64,000 nucleotides of DNA from Eledone cirrhosa (taxonomy: Eukaryota). Made by a program: the position numbers and the translations under genes. The notes under the pieces were generated by a model. That model saw only the letters and a program-made list of their open reading frames with translations, had not been told where the DNA came from and ran no database searches. Every line of letters starts with the position of its first letter. Position 1 is the first letter of the stretch. This document shows, piece after piece, positions 1-15,561 of the stretch. Location: assembly GCA_964016885.1 (NCBI GenBank), contig OZ024749.1:18352001-18416000 (forward strand). The letters are read 5' to 3'.

Positions 1-140
1 ACAGAGAGAGATATATATAGAGAGAGGAAATAGATAGAGATAGATATATATAGAGAAAAGTAGGTAGTTGGACATCCGTTGAATAAACGTATCAATGATA
101 CATTTATTTATTTATTTATTTATTTAGCTCTAGTATTAAT

Positions 141-195
141 TGTTTCTACTTTAGGCACAAGGCCAGCAATTACCCAGTGCAAGGATGAAAGGCAA
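141..195 (-). mobile_element. Internally deleted SINE fragment with 15-bp TSD
   Basis: AGCTCTAGTATTAAT is duplicated at 126-140 and 196-210. The insert matches the 3' part of the SINE at 1984-2171 and is absent from the inverted copy at ~3235-3250. Confidence 0.8.
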
Positions 196-1179
196 AGCTC
201 TAGTATTAATGTAAGGGAGATATATGTGGTTAGGAGAGAAACCAGCTGTTATATAGAGAGAAAAATGAAAAGTAACCAGACATAGGCGAGGCATAAAAAC
301 CCTATGTTTTAATGTAGAAGTATTAGTATGTATAAAAACCAGGCACTATAATGTAAATATCAGTATTCATGAATGAGACACGTATCCATAATGTGTGAAA
401 AGTAATGATCTTGTTTAGTTTTAAAAATTCATATGTTTATATGATAACTACAAACATCGATGTGAATTTACGTGATCAACTCTGCAAACCCCAATTTCAC
501 ACGGAGAACATTCTCATTGTGCTATAAAAATTTAAGTATACATATATGTGTATATATATACACATATATATAGAGTCTATATTACTACTATTCTTGTCTT
601 TACTCTACATGATTATCTATCAAGCAGAAATAGAGAACAGATTTCAATATATTAATAAAAAATATCAGAAACAAAAACCAAAAAAATAATAATAATAATA
701 ATAATAATAAATAATAATAAAATAGAAAACTAAAAAATATTACGAAAAAATATTACATATTAAAAATATTACATATTAAAAATAAAATATTAGAAAATAC
801 TACAATAATAAAAATAAACCACAAAGATCAACCCTTCAAAATTAATTGACAATATATTGTCAAGTTCATTATAAGCATCAGAGTCGAAAACAGATAAAGC
901 TAAAAATTATTTATCAAATCGCGTCTAGCAAAAATCATTTCAAAAAGTTTAGGATGCCCATTTGGTCTACATGTGTTCTTATATTTAATATAGAAGTTTA
1001 TCTAGTGTAACGTTTATTCGAAATATTTGGAGCATCAACTTTTAGGGTAGTTTAATTTTTCATGAAGAATGTTTAAATAAAAATAAAAATAAAAATAAAA
1101 ATAAAAAGAAGAATAAAAAGAAGAAATCGAAAGATTTATCGGCTAGTTTCCCAAATAATTATAAATCAAACTAAATATA

Positions 1180-2968
1180 CTACATTTTAAATTTAAATTT
1201 ATATTTAAAAGTTGAGTTTAATCTATGTTTGCAGCAACTGAATAAATTTGTCCGTAGATTAAGGGAATTTTTAGATTTTAGTATAAAGAATATCTCCTCT
1301 GCGCAGAGGTCACATGTCTCAGAGGATGAATTAAAAGGAATCCCTCTTGAGACTATATTCCAAGCCGTCGAATATCTAACGTTATCTAGCTTAAGTTGCC
1401 AGAGTACGCCTGATAGTGCTGTTGAAGATTTTTTGCTTGGATCTGTGAAAGAATTCTTGTGGTTATTATAGCGAAGTTTAAATTCCGTCGATGTGGAACC
1501 GACGTAGTTAAAAGAATTAGAGTCAGTTTTAACATTACAATTGTATATTATATTTTTAACTAAGCAGTTGTTATTTAACGGACATTTAGATCTATCTCTA
1601 CAGTTACATTTGTTAACTTGTATATTATTTATGCTATTATCATTAGGTTTTAAGTTCCTATTATTTATTCTATCAATATTTTGTGCTAAATTTTTGGTGG
1701 ATGAGTAGGTTAATTTTATAGTATGTCTATTGAAAATTGAGTGATACCTATGTGTTCTAGGGAAGCGATTATCAAGAGCTTTAAAAATAGTTTAGCGATG
1801 TGGGTTTTAATGTTTAGTGAGAAAGGGGGGGGGGGGGGCAACCCAAATTATGTTCCTAGTTCTATTTCTTTTTTGGCTTTTGGAATTATTGTAATGCTTT
1901 CTATTATAGTTGTTAAGGTTGTTGCCGTAATTAAAATAGTTGTTATTTTGTTTAGTTTGTCTATGATTATCTATGTACATAATAGGGCGGTGAATTGGCA
2001 GTATCGGTAGAGGGTTGGACGCCATGCTTTGACGCATAGAGTTACGGCCCTTGCCATTCTGAGTTCAAATCCCGCCGAGGTTAACTTTGCCTTTCATCCT
2101 TATGGGGTCGATAAAATAAAGTACCAGTAATGTACTGGATAATTGCTGGCCTTGTGCCAAAAGTAGAAACAATTATCTATGTACATAATCTTATCACTAT
2201 ATCCTGCTCTAGCTAACGCTTCATTGTAGTACTGGGCTTTTTCGTCGAAAATCTTTCTATTAGACGAGATTCTAGAGATACGTTTTTGAACAGAGTTTAC
2301 TATAGTGTTTTTGACAGATCTGGGGTGGTTAGAGTTAAAGCTGACATAGTTTAAGTTTTCATTCAACTTGTGAATAGGATAGTGAAGACATGTGTTGAGA
2401 GTTAATGTTATATCTAGGAAATTGACTATTCTATGGTTGTTCTCAATTTCTATTTTAAGATTAAAGTAATTAAAAAATTGTGTAATTTGTTTACATTTTC
2501 TATTTAGTTCAGAGTTATTATTATCAATAAGTAAAAGCATGTCATCTCTATATAAACCTCCGGTAGTACCAGGTATTTTCCTATGTAGCGAATTGATTAA
2601 AAATAAGCCCACAAGGTCAGTTACCTGAGCTGAGTCGGATGATCCCAAAGTAATGTCAAAATTGCTATCTCTATCTGCTCTGGTCCATAGTTGGTCATTA
2701 AATTCTATCAATGTTTTCCTAGCCGATAATATAATATGCATTTCATTGCTAGTTAGGTCTGTATGTTTGAATGCGTAATTTAGTGCCTTATTTAGTAGAT
2801 TAGGGGTAATAGAAGAATAATAGTTAGCAATATCAAGTTGAATAAACTTATTATTATTGTTATATTTAATTTGCCTAAACCACTCAACAACCTCTCCAGT
2901 TCCCTTCCACAAGCTCAGGTTAGGTAAACAATCCAAGTTCTTAATTTGCTGTATCACCCTGTCAAGAA
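1180..2968 (-). pseudogene. PLE reverse transcriptase + GIY-YIG endonuclease, interrupted by a SINE and frameshifts
   Basis: ORF 2100-2957 has FIQLDIANYY, LGSSDSAQVTDLVG, GLYRDD, VNFLDITL and SNHP. Downstream minus sequence reads CNCRDRSKCPLNNNCL and is homologous to ORF 46698-47372. Confidence 0.85.
1984..2171 (+). mobile_element. tRNA-derived SINE with 18-bp TSD inserted in the PLE ORF
   Basis: ATTATCTATGTACATAAT is duplicated at 1966-1983 and 2172-2189. It has an A-box-like TGGCAGTATCGG and a B-box-like GTTCAAATCC. The CTTTGCCTTTCATCC..GGGGTCGATAAAATAAAGTACCAGT body resembles octopus SINEs (recall). Confidence 0.8.
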
Positions 2969-3599
2969 TGTTAAATTCACATCGATGTTTGTAGTTATCA
3001 TATAAACATATGAATTTTTAAAACTAAACATAAGATCATTACTTTTCACACATTATGGATACGTGTCTCATTCATGAATACTGATATTTACATTATAGTG
3101 CCTGGTTTTTATACATACTAATACTTCTACATTAAAACATAGGGTTTTTATGCCTCGCCTATGTCTGGTTACTTTTCATTTTTCTCTCTATATAACAGCT
3201 GGTTTCTCTCCTAACCACATATATCTCCCTTACATTAATACTAGAGCTAAATAAATAAATAAATAAATAAATAAATGTATCATTGATACGTTTATTCAAC
3301 GGATGTCCAACTACCTACTTTTCTCTATATATATCTATCTCTATCTATTTCCTCTCTCTATATATATCTCTCTCTGTTTCTTTACATGAAGTTCTTCTCT
3401 TTATCTATCTTTCCATCTCTCTATTTTGTTCCATGCATTTCTTCTTTTTCTTCTTTTTCTTCGTTTTCTTTCTTTCTTTTCTTTCTTTCCTTTTTTCTCT
3501 CTTTCTTTCTGTTTACAATTCTTTCACTGCCAAATCAACTTTTCAAATACAAGTCGATGTTGAACGGTATGTCAAATCTATTTATCTATAAAACTGTCT

Positions 3600-3676
3600 A
3601 TATTGTATTTTGTCTGAGGAAGGCATAGCATATTGTTAATATGATATCCCTGAAATATATATAATGAAATAAATAT
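3600..3676 (+). ncRNA. Type I hammerhead ribozyme (family A pLTR)
   Basis: CUGAGGA-AGG..CAUAUU/AAUAUG..CCU-GAAA-UAUAUA-UA. Homologous copies have cores at 11988, 49043 and ~49595(-). Confidence 0.65.
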
Positions 3677-3730
3677 GGTTTTATAAATATAGTTTCCATT
3701 TATTTAATATCGTATATATATTTATATATA

Positions 3731-3839
<109 letters not shown>

Positions 3840-3878
3840 TATATATATATATATATATATATAAATATATATATATAT

Positions 3879-4138
3879 AGTTTTGCGAGATAATTATAAA
3901 GAATTAGTATATCTAGTAACACAGATGCATACTTATGCTAGCAAATATATAGGTTTTGTCTTAGTAACTTTGTGGTTCAATGCATGGGGTTGCAGAACAA
4001 TAATATGAGAGACGTAAAATAAGAAAATTATAAAATTAACTTACTTACTAAAATTTCACTCCCAATGAAATTTTAGTAAGTAAGTTAATTTTATAATTTT
4101 CTTCTTTTACGTCTCTCATATTATTGTTCTGCAACCCC
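3879..4138. repeat. Dispersed fold-back fragment of the 522-bp satellite monomer
   Basis: Matches the 51198-64000 unit. 3986-4138 is a palindrome with ~73-bp arms and a 7-bp loop. Confidence 0.8.
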
Positions 4139-4669
4139 AAGTTAGCTAGATTGAAAAATTCTAATTAAATTAATACATTTTGCCTGTCTCGATTTAAAAT
4201 AATAAATCAATAAAAACAAACCCATATTGGCAATAACCGTGATACTTGGACAAATTTAAATTTCAAAATCCAAACCTGTTCCGCAGACAAATTTAAATTT
4301 CAAAACCCAAATAAGTTTCGCAACGATAATTTAAAAAAGTGAAAGATTCCAATTTCTGTGGTCATCGGCAGGTATCCAGAAAATTAGCATGTTTCACCTC
4401 GAAATATTTAGGAGGACTGGTATTCAAGTGCAACGCACGTGGTTTTCCAGCTCCTAGCTATCCCCATACTCATGGTGCTAGAAATAACAGCCGTTTATAC
4501 AGCCGTTTATATGAAACATGCTAATTTTCTGGATAATTTTCTGAGGTGTCCTACACGAGGTGTTTATCATATATTAATTTATATTAACTTGTATTTCACG
4601 GCTCAGAAATGCTTCTTCCTTTGAGCTAATTAATTGTAAATGACTGTTTGAGTTTAAACTCTAAATATA

Positions 4670-4706
<37 letters not shown>

Positions 4707-4842
4707 AGTGTAATTTACTACACAAAACGAAGGTTATAGAGAAAATTGAGGTTGGTAATGGCACATGGAATATATAAGAGACAGAATACTTTTTTGTGAA
4801 AAAACATATAATTTTATAAGGTAAGGAAATAGTAAAGGGTAT

Positions 4843-4895
4843 AAAAAATGACCGGTTTCGATGGGTCTACAAAAGCCATCTTTTCAAATGTTGAT
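4843..4895 (-). ncRNA. Hammerhead ribozyme, U3-A8 variant (inverted pLTR of family B)
   Basis: Reverse complement of 9553-9608. Confidence 0.6.
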
Positions 4896-5256
4896 TAATA
4901 TTAAGAAAAATTAATAATACGAAGAGTTAAAATTTGAGATTTGAAAATTCAAGTATAAAATTCATTGTGTGATTTCATAGTAGTTTTCATCTTGGTAGCA
5001 ACAAGTTGACTGCTGTGTGCCTTTCTGGTAGTGAATGAGAAGTTATTTGGGGGTGTGGGTTATTTTATAAAGGTCAGATTTAGCAATGGCCAGCTGGCCA
5101 GCTGCTGGTCAGTGAGGGGGTGGAAGCAATATACATACATATATCTTCCTGTGGTTGGTAGGAGAGGGGAGCGTGATAGAAAGGGATTTAGTGCACTTAC
5201 ACCTATATATTCACACATACCTTCATCCACACATACATACATATACATATACACAC

Positions 5257-5305
<49 letters not shown>

Positions 5306-5394
5306 CACACATACATACACACACACATATACATATACATACACACATACATACACACACACACATATATACACATACACACACATATATATAT

Positions 5395-5427
<33 letters not shown>

Positions 5428-5444
5428 CACATATATATATATAT

Positions 5445-5490
<46 letters not shown>

Positions 5491-6156
5491 CCACACATAC
5501 ATACACACACATATAAATACATACACACATACAAACACACACACACACACATATATATACACACACATATATATACACACACACACAGACATATATATAT
5601 ATACACATACGCATACATCCAGATACACACATACATACACACACGCACACACAATACATACATCCACATGCACACACATACACACACACACACATACACA
5701 CATACATACACCCACACACAGAGAAATGGCCTCCAAACATATATATATACATACATACACATAACCACACCAGACATCACCCTCAATCCAACAAAAGACA
5801 ACCCCCCAACCTCAACACTCTGTACCACAGAAATAACGCACCCAGACCACATGAACCAACAACAGAACCCTTGCTCATCAACAACCACAACACATACCAC
5901 CCCCACCATCACATTCACCCTCATGAAACAACAAGCTACAGACCCACACGCAACAGACCAACAAAATATAATCACACACAAAACTACATTCCTTTTTTAG
6001 GGAAAAGCCTGAAATACCAGGATACTCGATGGCCCCCCTCAGGAGAAAACAAAAATAATCAACCTCTCAAAGACACCTCTAACCAACACACAAATCAACA
6101 TTTTAAGTAAGGGCCTGAAATTTACACCTACACCACGTAAACCAAACTTCCCCGAA

Positions 6157-8304
6157 ATGAAGGATGACATCATGGAATACTGCCGAAAGCTGCCACTAAC
6201 GGAATTCTTCCACAACGACACCAACACTGAAGACGAATCACTGGTTAAAAATAAAAGCAATTTCTGCCCACAAAAGGGAAGAAATAAAGCACTGGACACG
6301 TACTGCGAACACATCACCAACTTTCCCTATGAAAAAATTACAAATAAACACACGAAATCAAACCTATCTACACACGAATGGGAAGAATTATTCACACTTA
6401 GAAACAACCCTGAGATAACTATCAAAGAAGCCGATAAAGGCAGTACTGTTGTCATTATGAATATGGACTACTATAGGACCCTCGCACTTAACATTTTAGA
6501 AAACAACACATACTATGAAAAAACAGAAAACTACAAACACACCAAAACAATGGGGAACCTTTTGACCTTACTGAATAAATACCGCAACAGCTTAACCACA
6601 AAAGAGTTTAACTATATAAGCCACTTCAAATGCAATACAAGCTCTTTTTACGGCTTACCGAAACTCCACAAATGTAAACCCATAAACGATGCATGTGACA
6701 CCTCAACCAACAATTACATTGAACTAACACCACCAGAAGACCTAAAACTCAGGCCAATTATAGCAGGCGCTACATGTGAAACCCACAGACTTAGCAACTT
6801 TCTGGAAATCCTACTGAAACCCTTTCTACAACATATACAGAGCTACATACGAGATGACCTTGACATGCTGAAACACCTCCCTAAAACAGTAAGTGCAAAT
6901 ACAGTTCTTGTCTCCTTTGACGTAATAAACCTCTACACAAACATACCCCACAACTATGGAATAACAGCAGTCCAATACTGGCTTAACACACACCCATCAG
7001 AAATACCGACACGCATCAACACAGAATTTATCACTGACGGACTCCGCTTTATCCTACAAAATAACTACTTCACATTCAATGGTTCAACATACAGACAAGT
7101 ATCAGGTACGGCAATGGGCACGAAAGTAGCACCCACATATGCCAACCTAGTCATGGGATTCCATGAACAACAAATATACAGTCAGTCCCTTCTCTTATTT
7201 GGAGACTATTTCCACATACACCTCAAAGCCAATTGGAAAAGATATCTAGACGACTGCTTTATCCTATGGCAAGAAGACATGAACTCACTTACTACGTTTA
7301 AAAACATGATAAACAACATAGATAATAACATACAATTCACAATGGAATCCAATCCCAAGGAATTAGCCTTCTTGGATATTCTCATCTCTGTAATAGACGG
7401 GAAATTAGATACAGATATATTCTATAAACCCACAGATTCCAAGCAATACCTCTTTTTCACATCAAGTCACCCAAAACATACAAAACTTAACATTCCTTAC
7501 AATTTGGCCAAACGTATATGTACCATAGTATCAGATCCACCTAAACGGGAGCAAAGACTAAAGGAACTAAAAGACACCCTTATCTTAAGAGCCTTTCCAG
7601 TTGAAATAATCAACAAAGGAATAGACAGAGCAAAACACCTAAATCCCCATCAACTTAACAATCCAAAACAGAAAACTACACTCAACACCCTGCCATATGT
7701 ATCCACTTTCAACCCCAGAAATACCGAAATGTTTGATCACCTACACAAAAACCTCCCCATCCTACTTAAAGATGTAAAAATGAAGTCTATTCTTGAAACA
7801 CACAAGATCCTTAAAAGTAAAAGACAACCCAAATCACTAAAACGCATTCTCACTGGACCAAATATACCCAAACCAATCCTCAACCCTACAGTTACCAAAT
7901 GTGGTAGAACAAACTGTGGAACGTGCCTCTACCTCACTGAAGGACAAACATTTACATTCAAAGATGGCCAAACATTTACAGTAAAAAACAATTTCACCTG
8001 CAACTCGGAGAACTTGATTTACGCAATAACTTGCGGTGGGTGCAAACACAACTACATAGGACAGACGGGCACCTCATTACGCAAAAGAATGACCATCCAC
8101 CGCCAACAAATCCGGGACGCTAACACAAGAAAAATCCCCTTGAGCAGCCATATTGCGAACTGCGCAGGAATGACACTACCCAACTTTAAAATCTTCCCCT
8201 TCTACAAGTGCTCAGATTCGTTCACACAGCAACAAAGAATAAGCAAAGAAAATCTACTCCTTAACAAATTTAAACCAAAACTAAACGGGTTATCACCCCA
8301 ATAG
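6157..8304 (+). CDS. PLE polyprotein: reverse transcriptase + Cys-rich linker + GIY-YIG endonuclease (frame stays open upstream to ~6013)
   Basis: ADKG, FYGLPKLHK, LRPII, SFDVINLYTNIP, GTAMGT, RYLDD, FLDI, SSHP, CGRTNCGTC, LIYAITCGGC..YIGQT. The in-frame upstream IINLS..LSKGLKFTPTP is a typical PLE N-terminus. Confidence 0.92.
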   Translation: MKDDIMEYCRKLPLTEFFHNDTNTEDESLVKNKSNFCPQKGRNKALDTYCEHITNFPYEKITNKHTKSNLSTHEWEELFTLRNNPEITIKEADKGSTVVIMNMDYYRTLALNILENNTYYEKTENYKHTKTMGNLLTLLNKYRNSLTTKEFNYISHFKCNTSSFYGLPKLHKCKPINDACDTSTNNYIELTPPEDLKLRPIIAGATCETHRLSNFLEILLKPFLQHIQSYIRDDLDMLKHLPKTVSANTVLVSFDVINLYTNIPHNYGITAVQYWLNTHPSEIPTRINTEFITDGLRFILQNNYFTFNGSTYRQVSGTAMGTKVAPTYANLVMGFHEQQIYSQSLLLFGDYFHIHLKANWKRYLDDCFILWQEDMNSLTTFKNMINNIDNNIQFTMESNPKELAFLDILISVIDGKLDTDIFYKPTDSKQYLFFTSSHPKHTKLNIPYNLAKRICTIVSDPPKREQRLKELKDTLILRAFPVEIINKGIDRAKHLNPHQLNNPKQKTTLNTLPYVSTFNPRNTEMFDHLHKNLPILLKDVKMKSILETHKILKSKRQPKSLKRILTGPNIPKPILNPTVTKCGRTNCGTCLYLTEGQTFTFKDGQTFTVKNNFTCNSENLIYAITCGGCKHNYIGQTGTSLRKRMTIHRQQIRDANTRKIPLSSHIANCAGMTLPNFKIFPFYKCSDSFTQQQRISKENLLLNKFKPKLNGLSPQ

Positions 8305-8746
8305 AATTGTCATAAAATATAAACACACATACGCACGGAGTGACAGAGATATATGTGTTTGTATGTGTGCATGTATATAATTATCACTACTATTAAAGAC
8401 CAGAGACCAATTCTGTAGAATCAGGTTTATTCGTTGACAGACCATGCCTTTGTGTGACCAACACATCCATATTAAACCCTGCACGTGCACACACATATGT
8501 CTATATATATATGCGCACACAGAATTCACCACTGTCGGTTGCGGGGCCCAATCTACATGAAGAACTCAATGTGATCAGAATGACTTATATTTTAATTTCA
8601 CTGTCCTAACTTCTTATATTATGGAAAAAATATATGTGTATGTATGTATATATATATGTTTGGAGGCCATTTCTCTGTGTGTGGGTGTATGTATGTGTGT
8701 ATGAGTGTGTGTGTGTGTATGTGTGTGCATGTGGATGTATGTATTG

Positions 8747-8785
<39 letters not shown>

Positions 8786-8856
8786 GTGTATCTGGATGTA
8801 TGCGTATGTGTATATATATATATGTGTGTGTGTGTATATATATGTGTGTGTATGTG

Positions 8857-8887
<31 letters not shown>

Positions 8888-8935
8888 TTGTATGTGTGTA
8901 TGTATATATGTGTGTGTGTGTGTATGTATGTGTGG

Positions 8936-8967
<32 letters not shown>

Positions 8968-9136
8968 GTGTATATATATATGTGTGTGTGTGTGTGTATG
9001 TATGTGTGTATCTGGATGTATGTGTATGTATATATATGTGTGTGTGTATATATGTATATGTGTGTCTATGTGTATATATGTGTGTGTGTGTGTATGTATG
9101 TGTGTATGTATATGTATATGTGTGTATGTATGTGTG

Positions 9137-9193
<57 letters not shown>

Positions 9194-9552
9194 GAGTGTA
9201 TATGTATATGTATGTATGTGTGGATGAAGATATGTGTGTATATATAGGTGTAAGTGCACTAAATCCCTTTCTATCACGCTCCCCTCTCCTACCAACCACA
9301 GGAAGATATATGTATGTATATTGCTTCCACCCCCTCACTGACTAGCAGCTGGCCAGCTGGCCATTGCTAAATCTGACCTTTATAAAATAACCCACACCCC
9401 CAAATAACTTCTCTTTCACTACCAGAAAGGCACACAGCAGTCAACTTGTTGCTACCAAGATGAAAACTACTATGAAATCACACAATGAATTTTATACTTG
9501 AATTTTCAAATCTCAAATTTTAACTCTTCGTATTATTAATTTTTCTTAATAT

Positions 9553-9608
9553 TAATCAACATTTGAAAAGATGGCTTTTGTAGACCCATCGAAACCGGTC
9601 ATTTTTTA
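9553..9608 (+). ncRNA. Minimal hammerhead ribozyme, U3-A8 variant
   Basis: UUGAAAA-GAUGG(loop)CCAUC-GAAA-CCGG-UC, with palindromic stem III ACCGGU. Confidence 0.65.
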
Positions 9609-9711
9609 TACCCTTTATTATTTCCTTACCTTATAAAATTATATGTTTTTTCACAAAAAAGTATTCTGTCTCTTATATATTCCATGTGCCATTACCAACC
9701 TCAATTTTCTC

Positions 9712-10998
<1,287 letters not shown>

Positions 10999-11002
<4 letters not shown>

Positions 11003-11872
11003 AAAGACGTAAAATAAGAAAATTTAAAAAAAATTTAATAAATTAACTTACTTACTAAAATTTTCACTCCAACTAATTAGTTTTTGCAATGGGATAAAGA
11101 CAGTTACGTAATATAACCATCGAGAATTCATTGCGTCATCAGGGAGTTTATTCTCAGCCAAGTCTCCAGGCAATGCGCGGACACTGGGGACTCATATAAA
11201 AATAATAATAATTCGGTAGATGGAACAGCTAGCGGGGGACTGGATTCCATGCACTGAAAAGCTCGCTGTCTCTGGTCAAATGGCAGATTCTAAAGAATCA
11301 ATCACGTGACACTGAGGCTAGTCGGAAGAAGTGGGATGGTAAGATGACAGAAGCCTACTACCACACCAATAAATTAGTAGTGGTTTTGGCAGGTTTGCTC
11401 AACAAATAAATAATTTGGAGATAAATATAGAGAATTTAGTATATCTACTAACATATGCGTACAAATGTACGCCAATGCTAGCAAACACATAAGTTATGTC
11501 ATAAGTTATGTCATAGGTGGTTCAATGCAGGAGGATGCAGAACAATAATATAAAAGACGTAAAATAAGAAAATTATAAAAAAATTAAAAAAATTAACTCA
11601 CTTACTAAAATTTTCACTCCAACTAATTTGTTTCTGCAATGGGATAAAGACAGTTACGTAATATAACCGTCGAGAATTCATTGCGTCATCAGGGAGTCTA
11701 TTCTCAGCCAAGTCTCCAGGCAATGCGCGGACACTGGGGACTCATATAAAAATAATAATAATTCGGTAGATGGAACAGCTAGCGGGGACTGGATTCCATG
11801 CACTGAAAAGCTCGCTGTCTCTGGTCAAATGGCAGATTCTAAAGAATCAATCACGTGACACTGAGGCTAGTC
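10999..11872 (-). repeat. ~1.6 copies of a 550-bp unit related to the 522-bp satellite
   Basis: TAAAAGACGTAAAATAAGAA at 11001 and 11551. It shows reverse-complement similarity to the satellite monomer, with CTGATGA at the position homologous to the satellite's CTGA(A/C)GA. Confidence 0.8.
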
Positions 11873-12086
11873 TTTTTATAACTGTCCCTAACATTTTTCA
11901 CTACCAAGTCAACTTTTTAAATGGAAGTTGAAGTTGTAACGTATGTCAAATCTATCTATTTATAAGACTGTTTATATTGTATTTTGTCTGAAGAAGGCAT
12001 ACCATATTTTTAATATGATATCCCTGAAATATATATAATGAAATAAATATGGTTTTATAAATATAGTTTCCATTTATTTAATATCG
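11873..12086 (+). mobile_element. Solo family A pLTR end with HHR (core at 11988)
   Basis: Homologous to 3510-3712. Reads CUGAAGA-AGG..CCU-GAAA and ends ..TTAATATCG(TA)n. Confidence 0.75.
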
Positions 12087-12240
<154 letters not shown>

Positions 12241-12301
12241 TATATATATATTTATATATATATCTATATACATAAATATATATATATATAAATATATATA
12301 T

Positions 12302-13291
12302 ACTCTTTTACTCTTTTACCTGTTTCAGCCATCTGGCTGAGGCCATGCTGGGGCACCGCCCTTGTTGCTACACATTTTATCTCCAGCATGTATAGGTTGG
12401 CCACTTGAGTAAGAGGGAGTTTGTTGCTGCTGCCCTTACGTTTCCCTCGTGTCTTGCTGTGGGCTCATCCGGGATCCTGGATAACAAGTTGTCGAGATGT
12501 TTCTTAAAGACATCCACCTCCACGTCATGCAAGTCTCTCAGATGCCTCGGCAGCCTGTTGAAGAGTTGAGGGCCCTTGAATCCCAAGCTATTGCAATACC
12601 TGCTCCTTATTCTAGATGTGGAAGACGGGACGTTTGGCACCACACAGTGACGTCCTGTTCGACGGTTGGTCCAGCTCCCAATGCCAAAGTTTGGTGCTAG
12701 TCCCTCCAGGATTTTCCACATGTAGATCACTGCGTATCTCTCCCGTCTTCGCTCCAAGGAGTAGAGGTTCAGTTCCTTTAGCCTCTCCCAGTAGCTTATC
12801 TCCCTCATCTTGGCAATCCTCTTGGTGTAGCTTCGCTGGATTGCCTCAAGCTCCGTGGTTAGTTTGACACTATGGGGTGACCACAACTGGGAGCAGTAGT
12901 CCAGGCGGCTTAGGACAAAAGTCCTCCACAGTGTCAACATGGTGTCTCGATCTCTTGTCCGGAAAGTCCTCAAGATCCAGCCAGCGAGTCGTCTGCACGT
13001 TGTCGCCACTTTCATGATGTGTAAAGAAAAAGATGCATCATCGTTCATGTCTATGCCCAGGTCTCGTATCGATTTTGACACGGGTATATCGCTCCCTCCT
13101 GGTCCGGTGTAGCTGTGTTCCACTATATTTGTGTTTACAGGTTTGTATTGTAGGGCTTGGAATTTGCCAGCATTAAACTGCATGTTGTTTTCTTCCGCCC
13201 ATCTGTATATGGCATCCAGATCCTGCTGTAAAAGGGCAGCGTCAGCCGGGTTTTTGATTGCCTGTGCTACCTAGGTGTCATCAGCATAGCT
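12302..13291 (-). mobile_element. 5'-truncated CR1/L2-group LINE (RT C-terminus, 3' UTR, (AAAGAGTA)n tail)
   Basis: YADDT at ~13275-13290, followed by MQFNAGK, DLGI, SRLDYCSQLWSP, LEAIQRSYTKRI and YWERLKELNLYSLERRRERY (ORF 12377-13183). Confidence 0.85.
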
Positions 13292-13324
13292 ATATTTATA
13301 TATATATCTATATATATCTATATA

Positions 13325-14701
<1,377 letters not shown>

Positions 14702-14757
14702 TATATATATATATATATATATAAATATATATAAATATATATATATATATCTATATT

Positions 14758-14874
<117 letters not shown>

Positions 14875-14892
14875 TATATATATATAAATATA

Positions 14893-14950
<58 letters not shown>

Positions 14951-15043
14951 TATATAAATATATATATATATAAATAAAATATATATATATATTTAAATAT
15001 ATATATATATATAAATATATATATATATATTTATATATATATT

Positions 15044-15076
<33 letters not shown>

Positions 15077-15077
15077 T

Positions 15078-15220
<143 letters not shown>

Positions 15221-15229
15221 ATATATATT

Positions 15230-15309
<80 letters not shown>

Positions 15310-15383
15310 GTATAGGATTATTCAAGATGTAGTAATGGTTAATTACTACACTGGATATGGTTGTCTACCTGTTATTATTCATT

Positions 15384-15469
<86 letters not shown>

Positions 15470-15470
15470 G

Positions 15471-15561
<91 letters not shown>

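Larger units (their letters stand above)
1..3712 (-). mobile_element. Penelope-like element (Naiad-type, family A), 5'-truncated, with inverted pLTR at 2968-3712; runs off the left window edge
   Basis: RT and GIY-YIG remnants on the minus strand at 1180-2968. 1-470 is the reverse complement of ~2970-3377. The inverted copy carries an HHR and ends at a (TA)n tract. Confidence 0.85.

Noticed and set aside
5990-6012. TTTTTTAG as slippery site or splice acceptor upstream of the family B ORF
   Set aside because: An in-frame TGA follows at 6010 and a single indel explains the frame offset equally well. It cannot be resolved from one copy.
13271-13291. LINE and the 42621 PLE both truncated at the YxDD catalytic motif
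   Set aside because: Only two cases, and TAT/GAT codons give microhomology to (TA)n, so coincidence is sufficient.
15307-15388. 82-bp island with a TGTAGTAAT/ATTACTACA hairpin between TA tracts
   Set aside because: No HHR core and no second copy in the window. It is probably a tiny element end and cannot be assigned.
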